This document shows positions 1-12,691 of a DNA stretch of 64,000 nucleotides, piece by piece (positions within the stretch are counted from its first letter, which is position 1; each line of letters opens with the position of its first letter). The notes below the pieces were generated by a model. It ran no database searches. It saw only the letters and a program-made list of their open reading frames with translations, and had not been told where the DNA came from. The stretch covers positions 2,232,001 to 2,296,000 of the forward strand of contig JAYWIR010000012.1 in NCBI GenBank assembly GCA_036172245.1, in the 5' to 3' direction. Position numbers and translations under genes: made by a program. This DNA is from Raillietiella orientalis (lineage: Eukaryota).

Positions 1-291
1 GAGGTATTGGTGGCAAAGACTCATCGTCGCCCCTCCGGTGCTTGGGAAGGGGGGAAGGGGAAGGAAGAAGCCGCGGATTCGATAGAGACGTCACCCCCAC
101 CCTCTCAGACCCATCTCGAATCAACCTCGCCAACGGCCGGAGAGGGCGTGCGGCTCCTCGCTCCCTCGGCGCGCTCGAAGCTGGAGCGGGAGATCCCGGA
201 ATCATCCCGGACACCTCTGCGGGCGCCGAAAAGCTCCCCTGCCTTCCGGACGCGGAGGCTGCTGTCGTCGATCCCCGCTCCCGTCCGGTGA

Positions 292-360
292 TCACCGTGA
301 TGCTGCTGTCTTCTGGCGGAAGTATGCTCGCGGGAGGCTGCGCGTCGCTGACCGTTCATC
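292..360 (-). CDS. Possible next or terminal exon of the Ig gene (truncating or frameshifted)
   Basis: Strong acceptor (T-run followed by catacAG) about 230 nt after the previous donor. The phase-0 reading DERSATRSLPRAYFRQKTAASR* stops before the second Cys of Ig3. Confidence 0.35.
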   Translation of the reverse strand, partial: DERSATRSLPRAYFRQKTAASR

Positions 361-592
361 CTGTATGAAAAAAAAAATCCGGCGGACGTCCTGATTGCTG
401 CGGATTCGAATCCTCTCGCATGGTCTCCCCGGGAAATTGTGTTGCCAGAGCTGCGAGGGAGATGGAGACAACTGTGGGGTGAATTCCCCATCTGCAGTGG
501 AACGCGAGCAGGCGACGTCTTTCACGCACATCCCCCCCCCCCCCGTTAATTAATCTTCCCCGTTGCGGGGACTGGCGGGAGCGCCGCCTGAC

Positions 593-747
593 CTCGTGCG
601 GGTCCGGGATTCTGAGCAGCTCCGTGGATCCCAGCCTCCAGATCATCTCGGCTCCCGGATGGGAGCCTTCGGACAGGCAGGAGGCGTTGAAGCTAGCTCC
701 GGACACCAGCGTCTCCGGGCACCGGAGGCGGACGAAAGTCGGTTTCA
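593..747 (-). CDS. Ig gene exon: N-terminal half of Ig domain 3
   Basis: Acceptor ctgttctttccAG, donor GAG|GTCAGG. Encodes (L)KPTFVRLRCPETLVSGASFNASCLSEGSHPGAEMIWRLGSTELLRIPDPHE (C-x3-GS-x-P-x-A-x3-W). Phase 1 matches the 11632 donor across a ~10.9-kb intron. Confidence 0.88.
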
Positions 748-2809
748 CTGGAAAGAACAGTCAGGAGGAGGAGGAGGGAGGAATGAAAAGAGGGGAGGGG
801 GTGGGATGGTGGCGCTCCATCCCCGTCCTCCAGCGCCCGCGTGGTGTGGGAGGACTGGATACGCTTGGAACGCGCCGGGGATGAAAGGATCCTCTGGATG
901 GAAAACAAACTGATACCTCCCACCGCCACCCCTACCTCCCCTGCGATCCCTCATTCCAGAGTCGGATAGAGGAGCGTCGTCCCTCTCGCCTTTGCACGCG
1001 AGGGCCGCCTCCCGAGAGCACGAGTAGCGCGAAGGTGCAGACTGGGAGACTTCAAACCGCTTTCGACCGCTCGCCTGATCCTTCTGGAAGAAGAGGGGCA
1101 AGGAAGAAGCAAAGGGGACTGCTGCCGTCCCCGAAGGGGCGAAGAAGAAACGAGGGTGCCTGCTGCCATCCCCGGAGGGGCGAAGAAGAAGCGTTGTCTG
1201 CTGCTGCCGGCAGTCCGAGCGTGATATCCCACTCCACCTCCTCCCCGAAGACCCGGATCCAGTGTTGGGCTCTGCTGGCAGTCCGCGGGCCGCTCGCCCC
1301 CTCATTCCGCCGCGGAATAGCTGCTCGTCCGGCGCCTCCCCCAACGGGAGGGATGAACGCTCCGCGCCTCTGCACCTCTTCCTCTCGGAAGGCTGAGACG
1401 GTGCGCAAAGGGCAACCTCGGCCGGGCGCCACGACGGCGACTGCGTTTCAGTGGGTCCTACGCCATCGCTCGCCGGGCAGCTCGGGAAGGCAGTGCGGAC
1501 CAGGATCAGTTTCTCTCCCTGCGAGTGCCACCCGGGGCACCCCAGCGTGCGGTAAGGCCTCCCGGCAGCGCCGAGCGAGAGTCGTCCCTCTCCGTTCCCC
1601 CCGTCTGTACACACCACGCCGTCGTACAGTGCGGCCCAAATCACGATGCGAACAGATGTCCGATCAGAACCCTGTCGCCGAGGAAGACAAACAGCTCCCA
1701 CGGTGCCGTATCTATTTATAGACTTCAATCTGCAGCGCGTTCCCTCCAGAATTCCTTGTTCCCTCTGCAGCTGCACTCGACTCCGCGCGCGGACCGGCGC
1801 CCGTCCGCCCGGCGCGAACCATCCGCGGGAACGGGGAAGGGACAACGCGGAAAGAATCCCTGCCTGCGGTGGGAGGGGAGGAGGAGGAGGAGGGAAGATC
1901 TCTCCAGCTTCTCCGAGAAGGGCGGTGGTGCCTCTCGCGATCGCACCACAGTTCGGGACTCGCTCCGTCTGACCGCGCGGAGGGACTTTTCCTTTCGTGA
2001 GAAAAGTGGGAGTTGCGCGTGTGGGTTCGCTTCCCGCGCGAACCATTCCTGCCTTCCCCCAATTTTCCTTTCGCGAGGAGGAGCGGGAGCGGGAGGAGGA
2101 AGAGGAGGAAGATTGCTTCGGCGCCGCAGATTTAAAACCATGTTGAATCTTAAGAAACTGCTCCGAAGAAACGCCATTTGTCATCCACCTATCGTACGCG
2201 CCGCTGTCTCCAACGCTAAGCCCCCGGTAATGCCCCACGGCTTAAGGACAACGCAATAAATTCGAAAATCGCTGTTATTTACAGCGGACGATAACTGGTT
2301 TGTGCCACTCCCGGAAATACCCAATTTGCCTTGCTGGATTACCCAGCCTGATGCCGAGATCAGGACCAAAATAAGCGTGCCGAATCTACTTTTCGCATTA
2401 GATTTAATTTCTTCGGGAAAAAAAACAGGAAGAAAGGAAAGAAAAGTCGAAGTGCCCGCGCTCGGTCCACATGCGAGGTGGGCAAGCCGAAGAAAAAAAC
2501 GCCCTCGGGAGAGAGGCGCGCGGAAGAAGCCGCCGGCGCCGGCGACCGACGAGAGCGCGCCCCGCCGGAAGTTCGTCCTCCTCCCGAGGGAAGGAACTTC
2601 CCCCTCAGGGGGAAGGGGGAGGGGGAAGAGCAGGAAAGCGCTCTCCGCATCCGCCGGGAGGCCCACACCACGAGCTCGGTTAGGAAGGGGAGGGGAGAGG
2701 GGGGCGTGCTCAGCAGCTGTGCTTTTGCTGAAGCTACCTTCGTGCCGCTGCGACGCGCCTCCGGGAGAGAGGGGTCGGCTTTCCAGAACAAAGGGGCCGC
2801 CGCCGAGTT

Positions 2810-3270
2810 CGGGGAGATGCGACCCGGGACGGGCTCAAGACGAGCCGCACTCGTGCAGGGGACACCTCCCCACCGCGGACGCTCACGTGACGTCCTCCCT
2901 GCTTGAGCACGTGGAGGCAGGCGGTGGAACCTGGAACCGATTCAGAAACCCGCATCCGACTCGGTGCTCCAGGGCAAGTCATCCTTGCGGCGAACGTGTT
3001 TCTTGCAGCGCTCTGCTGTCTTTGCGGGATCGTGGTGCGGCGTGGGAGGCCAGAAGAAGAGGCCAAAATGGAAGGGACGCCATCCACTGGGCGACGATCT
3101 TCTTGAAGACCGCCTCGAGATGGCCCCACCTGGGTAACCTTCGGACAGAACTTGTTAGCATCCTGTTCAGGATGCGGAAGGCGTCTCCCAGCGAAGCGTG
3201 ATCCCATCTCTGGTTCCCCACCCCCTCCACGGTAAAACTTTTCCTACCGCTTTTCTCTTTGTGCTTGTTT
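2810..3270 (+). mobile_element. Family A LINE 3'-end copy
   Basis: GRDAIHWATIFLKTASRWPHLGNLRTELVSILFRM followed by gtgatccc...aaaact...T-rich tract. Aligns by eye with the 22.5-kb, 30.5-kb and 60.4-kb copies. Confidence 0.6.
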
Positions 3271-3412
3271 CCCCACCCCACCCGATTTTCCATTCCCCGT
3301 CGTCGTGGAAACGGACCTCGCCTGCCTACGTACCGATCATGGCAAGTTCCGATCACGTGGTGCAGCCAAGTGTTCCACCACACTTGAACATTTCAGCGTA
3401 CATTTATTATTA

Positions 3413-3471
3413 CAGTCGTACCTCGGTGCTCGTCGGTTTGGGCACTCGTCACGAGTTTCGAGGTACTACTG
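3413..3471. mobile_element. 59-bp miniature inverted-repeat element (Tc1/mariner-pogo-like MITE)
   Basis: 13-bp terminal inverted repeats CAGTCGTACCTCG / CGAGGTACTACTG (1 mismatch). The left flank is TA and the right flank is AA. Confidence 0.65.
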
Positions 3472-6400
3472 AATTTTGTAATAGCAAATGCCCCGGCAAA
3501 ACCGGGAGGAAAACTTGGTGGTCCAGGACGAATCATTGGTAAACGCGTCTTTCGAAAGTATCGCGACGGCTCTGGAAAACGCAATGCAGAAAAAGGGAGG
3601 CAAACGTCCCGGACTCGTCGTGGAATCCCAGGGGTGGCTGAGGGCCGAAGGCAGGAACCGAGTGGGGCACTCGAGAAAAGGAGCTGAGCGTTCCATCATC
3701 CGACGCTCAAAGATGCATCGGTTAGACCCCGCGCCTGGCGGATAACTGACCCTGACAAGGACCGTGACCTCGTCCACGGAGAGGAGGACGACCCCAAAGG
3801 CGGGATGCTGCCGGTCCTCGTGCCAGGCGTGCTGGTGAAATCGCCTCCTGCAGGAGAATCCGTGAGGCGCTCCCGGGCACGGCGTGTCCTCGTTCGCAAA
3901 GAGGTATGCCGCGAGCGCGCAGCGGGATGCTCGGGGCTCTCTCACGCGTGTTGGCGCACGCGCATTCGAACCTGGCGCGCGGGAAGCGACTGGGAGCCGA
4001 AGACGGAGTCAAGGAAGCGCTCTTCGGTCTGCCCGGGAAGCGCTGCGAGCAGCCGAAAAGGGCTGCGTGGAAACCTGCGACAGCGCTGCGGGGACGTGCT
4101 CTCCCTCGCTACAGGAGGAGGGTTGCCTTGGAAGCGGGGAGGTAGCCAAGCACAAAAGTGAGGAAGACTTTCCTTCTTCCTTTCCCTCCCCTCTCTCTCC
4201 CTGCTTCGAAGTTTCCATTGCCGCTAACTCTTCCCGTGGTAATCCCGGCGCACACGGGAGCCTAATCTCTGCGAAGCCTGCAAATTGGGAGAGGGGAGGA
4301 CAGTTGGCAAGCCGCGCACGTACCGCTCCCATCCCTAACGACTTCCAGGGGATACCCGACAAGCATCCGTCTTCCGAAAAAGCTGCGGTCTCGCCACCGG
4401 GTTCGGCCGGCCGGTCGCAACAGTTTACTTGCCTACGAGGATGGCACTTGCGAAAGAAATATGGGGATGGAGATTCTGTTCATGCCGTTATGAGGGAACT
4501 TTATGGAACGAGCTCGGGGTCACCTCGGTCGCCGGCCGGCGTGGGCGGGGAGGAGGGAACGGCTGCTGCGGGAAGGTCGAGGCGTTCCCCGGGATGCGGC
4601 GGACGCGAGTGCACGTCGACGGGGGAAGGGGAGGGGGGAGGGAGTCGAGTGCGGCGGGCAGGACGGCGCCGGGAAGACGAGCCGCGCAGGCGCAGAACGC
4701 GCACGACGGACTCCCGGAGGTTGCCGGAGAGAGGAGTCGCGTAGGTGGTCTGAGGCAAGGGAAGGGAGGTTCCTTGGTTGAACGGAGCCCCATTCAGGAT
4801 GAAGGAGGGGGGACGAGCAGAAGAGGCTTGTGAGAGGCTGCTTGTAGGCAGCTAGGCCAAACGAGAAGCGGGTGCTCGCCCGACGGCCGCCCTGATAGGT
4901 AGGGGGCGCCTGCGCTGGGGCAAAGCGAGGAGGTTCGGGCACGCTCTGTTTTGCCCGCTTACGAACCACCGACTCGGGGTGGCCGGTAAAGCGGCTTGCG
5001 TGCCGGAAGCAGCGCGGCGTGTCGGGTGGGAAAGGAACGAACAGCTTACGGTTCACCTCAGCCGCCGAAGAGTTGGGAAGAGGAGCTCCAGACCAGGCCT
5101 GAGGCTCGAGAGATTTGAGGTTGTCCTATGTCGCTGCTGCGCAAATGCGACGTCTGTAGGGACGGGGTGTAGGCAGCTGCCCCTCGTCCTCAGAGCCTCT
5201 GCGCAATGAGCCGCGCTGGGAACTGGCCGGCTCAGCGAAGACCAACCAGAACCGTCCTGTCTGACGTCCGCCCTCTACTCGCGGCTTCGGCGGTACCCGC
5301 GCCTCGCGCCAGGGATCGGAAAGGGTGGCATGGTAGCCGGCCTGAGCGTCCCAACCCTTCCTTCCCCAAGGCCGGGCCGAGATCACCCCAAACCTACCCC
5401 CTGACGAAATGCCGAGAGAGCATAGCCGGCGGCCGCCGATGCCAAGAGGTGCGGGCGTCAAGAATGCGAAGGACAATCCCTGACCTGCACTGTGACCTGA
5501 CCTTCGGAGCCTCAGGGCACTTCGCTGCCGCAAGCCAGGAAACGAGCAAGTAGCGACGAGTCGCTTTCCGCGATTTCGCTCCAGAAAAGGGGAAGGGGAA
5601 GGGAAGGGGAGGGGAAGGAAGGGAGGGAGGAGAAAAAGAAGATGCAGCCCTCCCTCCCGTAACCGTGGCAATGAACTCGAACCTTATTTTTTGATCTCCC
5701 ACTTTCGGCGAGAGCACGAACCGCTTTCAAGTTCTCGAGGATCCCCCAGTCCACGCAACCAGGATCTCGGGCGGGATCAATAGAGCGAATCGGAAGAGCT
5801 TCGTCCCGCTCGAAGGCTGCGTCGGGCTCCGCCGGTCCTCGTGAGCCGCCTACCCTGCCCCCTCCTCGCTCGCACTCGCGCGCGCGCGGGCTGGCTGCCG
5901 CCCCCGCTGGTGTTTTTGCCGCGTGGGAGCGCCTCTGGAGCGGACGTGATCATGGAGTTCCCCCCCCCTCTCTCCTTCCACTCCTTCCCTGTTTTTTTTC
6001 CTCTCTCCGAGTCCCCCTCGTCCGCCTTTTTTCTGCTCGCTCCGGCCGCGAGCGCGTCCCGAGAGTCTGCAGAGAACCCGCCCCCTCCTCGAGAGGAAGA
6101 GGGAACCTCCACGCGGAATCTGCCTAGGTTCGCAGGAAGGACTCGGCAGCAAGGGGGTCCCCGCTGTCGGGAGCGAGGGAGTGCGAAACCCCAAGTAGAG
6201 AGTGAGGCGGAGAGGCGGGTTTAAGGGGGAGGGGGAGAGCGCCTTGAGCCTCCAGTGTGCGCCCCCTTGCGGCTGCGAGGGGACCCGCGCGGTGCCGTGG
6301 CAACCGCCCGATGATTCACCGGAGCCGAAGCGCTTCTTCGAAGCATGATTGATGATGCTCCCCGCTGATGCGTCTCTCCCCCTTCCCCTTGCCCCAGGAT

Positions 6401-8619
6401 CAGAGCCCAATGCGTTCGAAGATGCTTCCGCGCTCCCAACTTCTCCCGGTCCAGAGGATCGCGCGTCTCCAGGGCGACGGGATGAGCGGCCGCAAGAAGC
6501 GCAGAGACGGAGCCCACGTGGAGCCTCCGGCTCAAACGGCGCCGAAAAGCGTCCCCCGTTCCATCCGCGCTCCTGGATCCGTGAGAAGCCACCAGCCCGA
6601 CGATTCTCCACTGCGGACCCATCTCAAGATGAAGGAGCCGTCGCGTCCCTCGCGCTTGAGGAGGCGGAAGGGTTCACCTGTGCGGGTTCGCCTAACAGGA
6701 AGCAGGAGGGTGACGGCCGCGCAAGGAACGGAGGAAGGCGGGACAGCCAATCCCGCCGGAGGCGGGTCGACTCCTTGTCGCCGGCTTTCGCGAGGAAACC
6801 CCCGAGGGCGAACTCGAGGCAGAAACGTGGGATACCGCTGGGAGGGAGGACGAGCGGGACGGGACGGCTGCGTGGAGAGGTCCTGTTCGGAGCGGACGAC
6901 CTCTGCCAGGTTCGCGAGCCCCCTGTCCCCGACAGCAATTCGAAGGGACTAAAGAGAACGAACCGCCCTCCCGGGAGAGGGGGCTACAGCCAGGCGGGCA
7001 CAGACCGCAAAGCGAATGCTCGAAAATGGCGGTGCCACCTCCAGCTCGTTGGGATGCAGTTCCCGAACGGGATGCCATCCCTTTCCCGCCCGCCCGTTTT
7101 CCCGGGGTTCCGGGAAACTTCGGAAGCGGGAAAACGAGTCTCGGAAGAGGCGCGGAGGGATCCGAGAGGGGAGGCACCGCAGGGCGCGCGAAGAGAGATG
7201 CCAACTTCCGGGATCATCCCGGCGTACTGCCGAATCCTCGTCCGAAAATTCAAAGTTTTTTCGCCTCTCTCTCTCCCCCCCCCCTCTTCTTCCCTCCTTC
7301 CCTTTCCCCCCGACAGGTGGCGCCAGAGACCCCGCGAAAGAAGCGGCGTGCACGAGAAGAACAAGCAGATGAATTTTCCATCCGATTTGCTGCCGCCGCC
7401 TCTGGACATCCAGACGCGCGCCCACCGACCGAGCTCGCGCGCGGCTTCCGTCGGGAACATCCCGGAGAACGCGCGCGCACAACAGGACTCGACTTTAATT
7501 TCAAGGACTCCGGGATCGCTCCAGCCTCGTGAGATTCATACCCACCAAATTCGATAAATTCCGGCTCACGTAAACGAGCCACTCGTAACAGCAGGAACGC
7601 AGCTTCTCTGGTCGGGAAGAGTCTCCGAGAAAGGCAAACACACCGACAGCGGGGGCCACGCCAAAAAAAAAGATTATTATGGAGTGAGAAGAGCATCCGT
7701 TTTTTGCGGGTTGCTAGGGGGACGATCCCTTCGCGTTATCCGGAGCGAGCTCCTGGAATGCAGCCTCCGAAGGACGGATGGGGGACATCCACATGGGAGC
7801 TCTCAACCCGGAGCGGAGGGACATGAAAAGTTCAAACTGGGAGCAAACTCGGATCGCCGTTTTGCTGGAGGAGTCAGTCGGTCAGGCAGAAGGGAAGCGG
7901 ACGAATCATTTCCTTTCCTCCGTTCCCGTCCGCACCTTTTAGTTGATCGCTGGTAACCCCAGGACGAGAAGCACTCTGGAGCAGCGGACAGGAGGGGGGA
8001 AGGGAAGGGAGGAATCGCTGCTCGAGGAGCCTGAAGACACCGCGATCGTTCCCAGGATTTGACCCACGAGAGTAGCGCGTTCGGTTTCGACCACGGTTTG
8101 GGCGCCTTCACGAACCCACTGCTAGCTGTGACCTCCCCCCCCTTCGAAGGAAGCACTAAGAGACAAGAATGGAGTTTTTCCGCTGGGGACAAAAGCCACT
8201 GTAGGGAAGGCTGGCGTCCTTCGACCTCCGGCATCCCCGGGGCCGCCGCTGGTCGCTCACTTGTCACTCCCGAGCTCTCATCTCCAGCTCTTCCCGCCGT
8301 CCGGGCGATCACCTGTCCGCCTGTCCCCTCCCATGGACTGCACTCTCTTTAGACTTCCGGTGAGAGCGGGGATGCACATGGAGGGGTGGCAATCAGCAGC
8401 CGTAGCCTCTGTTGCCGGAATCTTCTAGATGGAGCGCCCCTTGACCCTCTATTCTTCCCTTTTAATGCCAAGGAGATTTGGGAGTGAGCAACGAACAAGT
8501 GTTGGGAGGTCTGGTTGGTTGCTGAGGTCCCGTTGGCTATAGAATAGCGTTCTTTGTGGGCGAAACCTCCCCCACCAAAGCCCCGCTCTTCCACGACGCG
8601 CTTTCAGCGAAGAATGAGG

Positions 8620-8930
8620 AGCCCATCGTTCATTTTTCCGCCCGGAACGCGTCATCCCGAAAGAGCATCGCCCGGGGGGGGGAATCCGGAAGTCAGCCTG
8701 CTGGCTCCTCGTGGACTCTGGAAGGGTGGAAAGGAGGGCTGGCGTCCCGGGAGGGGCATTCGGAATGCCCACACATCCTCCGGAGAGCAAAGGGAAAGGA
8801 CTCGGACCTTCGTCGACCCCCGTCAAACGTATCCGAGGCTCCCAGGAAAGCCGGGAAGAACGGCGGTGCGCCCTTCTTCCTTTTCTCCCCGTTGGATAGT
8901 TCCTTGCTGCTCCTTGGGGGTTGCGACAGC
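8620..8930 (+). repeat. Diverged direct repeat B, copy 1
   Basis: Shares cccggaacgcgtcatcccgaa, cacatcctccggagagca and gaagccgg.aagaacgg.ggtgc.cccttcttcc.tttctccccgttgga with 10690-10995. Confidence 0.9.
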
Positions 8931-10689
8931 AAGTGGGAAGCGGCGACGAGTCTCGCAGACGTCGGAGAGTGCTCAGATGCGACCGGAATTCCCGAACAGA
9001 TGATTTCCGTGTCATCCAATCGTGTGCCGCTGTAGACGTGGACGTGGTACCTCCTTTGGACCAGGCACTGCTCTTTTGGCAACGTCAAGAGCCCTTTACC
9101 AGCCACGCCACAAATGAATTCTATCGTGAAAAAGAGCATGGGGAAGAAGAATCGAGATCGAGGACAAGATGCCTGTGTTCGGGATGGCACTCTGTGTGAC
9201 GCGAATCATCCTCAGGATACCTAATTCCCATCCCCAGGGACGGCGTACTGACAGTGGGACCGGCATGAATCTCTACGCTCCACCCATCTTCTCGCCAAGT
9301 CTTTCTCGGTTAGCGGACCGCATCGTTCCCTATAGTCCAGCGTAGCCGGGACGCGCACGGAATGGCAATCCGTTCGACAGAGCCGCCACCTCGACGGGCA
9401 GCGGAAGTGCCCAAAAGTTGAGCAACGGAGAGACGGGCCGACGCTACTTGAGGTCGAACCAACCCCGGGGCGTGGGACTATTGAAGCAAGCAAGAAGTCA
9501 GCCTTTGAGAGCAATGCCCAGCCCGATGTGTTCCAGGCGCACCCGATCGGGTCATCTTTTGGAGGGTTCCTCGGTACACGCAGAACACGTCTGAATGTAA
9601 AGTGGGGGCCCCTTGTTTCAACTGAAGAGGAACCGGAATTGGAAGATGCGGAAACAACGGGGTGACTTCGCTACACGCTTCGGCATTTTCGGGGACCAGA
9701 CGGCAGGAAGACGGCGGAATGCTCGACAGGAGAGAGACCGCGCCAAAATTTCTTCCCGCACGCCGCCTGTGACATCCCCACCCAAGGGCGCAGCTGGTTC
9801 AGAACAGGGATAGAAGTGGCATGGACAGCGGACCGGCGGATGAAAATCGGCCCTGGATTCATTTCCGCCCCCGGGAAGGAGGTGCGGGTGCGCGCGCAGA
9901 GGTCCACCAAGGGACGCGGACTGGATCGAATGGAGTGGGAACCGCCCCCTCTGCTTTCCTGCCACCGCCTACCGCGGACGCCCTCCCTCCCTGACGCTCG
10001 TGAGAGAGCCTCGCCCTGATGCCGCAACAGGAACCGCGCGCGCCCTCTTCTCCGAAGAGAACGCGACTCCAGCGCCAATTCAAGGTCAAGTGGACTTTCC
10101 CAGTCTACGGAACGCCGACGTCTCTTCTATCCACGACCATATTTTACGGCGCCAGGAACGCGCAGCTGCTGCGCCGTTTGATTTATGGTTGCCCAGTGAA
10201 AATAAATTTGAAAAAGGAGAGAAAAAATCCCTCGTCGTCAGGACAACCGACTGCTCCGACTCGCCTGCGTGATAGAAATTCACCGTCAAGCTGGCATCCT
10301 GGAACACTTCTGGGAATCCTGGCTCTCGAAACAGGAAGACGAAAAAGCGGGATGGCAAGCAACTAGCTCGCCTGGAGAGGCCTGGCCGGACTCCACAGAT
10401 GGGGCGCCTGCAGGGAGAGGGGAGCACATCCCGGAGGGCGCGCGCGCGCGCGCTCCTCAGCACCGCTCGCGGGATACGGGAGCTCCTGGAGCCCCACACT
10501 CCCTCATACAGGGATCTCAGATCTGCCACCCGGATCCTTCGCCCTCTCGTGCCCACCCTCCTTACCGGATCTCCACTTCGCTCCCTTTCTCAGGGCCGGC
10601 GATTCCCTGGCTGGAAAGAGCGTGGTGTCCGCCTCTCTTCCCTCCCTTCAGGGACCCACAACTGGGGTCCCCCCCCCTTCCTGTCCCCG

Positions 10690-10995
10690 AGCCCATTTGC
10701 GTTTCCACCCGGAACGCGTCATCCCGAAGAACGTCTCCCGGGGGGAAATCCTGAAGTCGGCTGTTGTTGGTGCTCTCTGGACTCTAAAGCGTGGGGAGGA
10801 GAGCCGCGAGGTCCGAGAGGGATACTCGGAAGACTCACATCCTCCGGAGAGCAGGGGAGGAAGGACTTGACCCCTCACTGACCCCCACCGAACATATCTG
10901 AGGCTTCTGGGGAAGCCGGAAAGAACGGTGGTGCACCCTTCTTCCCTTTCTCCCCGTTGGAAAGTTCCCGGCTGCGCCTTTGAAGTTGAGGCAGA
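10690..10995 (+). repeat. Diverged direct repeat B, copy 2
   Basis: Same anchors as copy 1; offset about 2067 bp. Confidence 0.9.
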
Positions 10996-11631
10996 AAACG
11001 ACCCCCCGCAGCGTCCTTTGAGCTCTGAGGGACGTCCGTGGTGTCCCTAAGAATTTCGATTCTCAAGGCAGGGGGAAAAGGGAGCAAAGCTGCTGGTATC
11101 CCCTCTCCTTGGTCTCCTACCCTCATGGGCGACAACTACCGCTCTGTCGGCACTGGCTCGGTGTTTGGTGGGACCACCTCCCTACGCAGGCGCCTACAGC
11201 GGACACGGAAGACGCCCACGGCTTCATACTCCGCGAAAAGCACGCACCCAAGAGAGAGGGCAGCCCACCCAAGCCCCACTTCGGTCTCACAGCCGAGGAG
11301 GCACCCTCCATTTCGTCGCAACCAACTCCCCTTCTGGGCCAGCAATCATCCTCAGATCTCCAGTTTCTTCTTCCTCCTTCCTTCCTCCGAAGACGGTGGA
11401 TCGATAGCAGGAGACTAAGATGAACCCCTGCGCTCCACCCAACCTTTGAGGAAGTCTCCCTCGGCTCCAGAAGCGCCCGCATCCACAGAGAGATTTCATC
11501 CCCCTCCCCCTTCGCCACCAGTCAAGCTCAGCCTTACATCACATCGGAGTGACCTTGCGGATGAATCCACGGGCACAGGAGGCGACGACGCTCCCGGCGT
11601 AACCCCCTCTCCTCCCACGCAGAGGACTCAC

Positions 11632-11835
11632 GTAGCATGTCGAGGAGCACGGCGGTCACGATCGGCTCGCTGACATCGTTGTTCTGGGCCGCGCACGCGT
11701 ACGGTCTCCCGAAGTGGTTCCTGGTCAGGTTGTGGATCCAAAGGCTGCTCTCCGTGACGTCGCCACGGCGCTGGGAGGGCTCCGAGCCGACCACCATCCC
11801 ATCTTCCATCCAAGTCAGCCTCGGCGGAGGATCGC
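11632..11835 (-). CDS. Ig gene exon: remainder of Ig domain 2 (C2-set-like)
   Basis: Acceptor tttctctctccccAG, donor C|GTGAGT. Encodes DPPPRLTWMEDGMVVGSEPSQRRGDVTESSLWIHNLTRNHFGRPYACAAQNNDVSEPIVTAVLLDML, with the GG-x-P-x-P-x-L-x-W and C-x-A-x-NN motifs of Sidestep-like proteins. 204 nt, phase 1 to 1. Confidence 0.93.
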
Positions 11836-12188
11836 CTGGGGAGAGAGAAACCCTGTCCTAGAGAAGAAACTGCAGAGGAAGGGACCCGAGCGCGGGAGGG
11901 GGCAAGGAGAAGGCCCCGCGGGTCGGTCTCGAAGCACCCATCTCCCCAGGCATCTCCACCACCTGCCCTTCCACAGAGCCATTTTCCCAGGGGAGGACTC
12001 TCCCGCACCGCGCTCCCGAGCCGAAGAAGCCGCGGGGAGGACGGGGGGGGGAACGGCAGCCGCGCTTTCTTTCCCGGGTCCGGAGGGGTGCTGGCGGAGC
12101 GCACGGGGGGCTCGCGGGACTGAGGGAATGCCGTCAAGGTCACCGCCCACTCCCGGGGTCTAGGAGACAGGGGTCCCCCCCTCCTCAC

Positions 12189-12299
12189 CTCCTTTGCAGT
12201 GGCAGGTCAGGGAAACGTTGTCTCCTTCCCGGAAGGGACGGGTCACATTCCCGACGGCTTCTCCGACAGAGTCCAAAATGACTGGCCGGTGCGGCAGCA
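12189..12299 (-). CDS. Ig gene exon: start of Ig domain 2
   Basis: Acceptor ctctgttccAG, donor G|GTGAGG. Encodes (V)LPHRPVILDSVGEAVGNVTRPFREGDNVSLTCHCKG(G). 111 nt, phase 1 to 1. Confidence 0.92.
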
Positions 12300-12691
12300 C
12301 TGGAACAGAGGTGGCCATCAGCTCCGCGATGAGAGCAACCGGACCGAACCGCTGAGGTCGCTTACGTCGACGGACGACCGCGGACGCGCGAAGCCGCGCG
12401 GCGCACCTTTTCGACGGGTTCCGCAGAACGCGCGCGAGCCCGCCTTCTGCTCCCAACGAGGTGCGTCCAGCCATGGGAAAGCGTATGCTCCCCTCCCCCC
12501 TTCCCTGCCTTACCAGCCTCCGTCCCGGAAAATGGGGATTCCAGACGAGTCTTTCCACGTCCCACCGTCCTCATCTGCGGATCACAAGGTGGGAGGACTC
12601 GTCTGGGATGCTTCCTCTCACACGCAAGGGAAGGGGCTCAGGCAGATGGAGCTTCCCTCTGGAGACGCGAAGGGGGAGGGAGGAAACTCAC

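Noticed and set aside
745..2238. 497-aa ORF and the other long track ORFs (e.g. 6349-7557, 47210-48370, 61249-62292, 62946-63968)
   Set aside because: They are R/G/P/S/A-rich, overlap in several frames and show no domain motifs, as expected from stop-codon scarcity at high GC.
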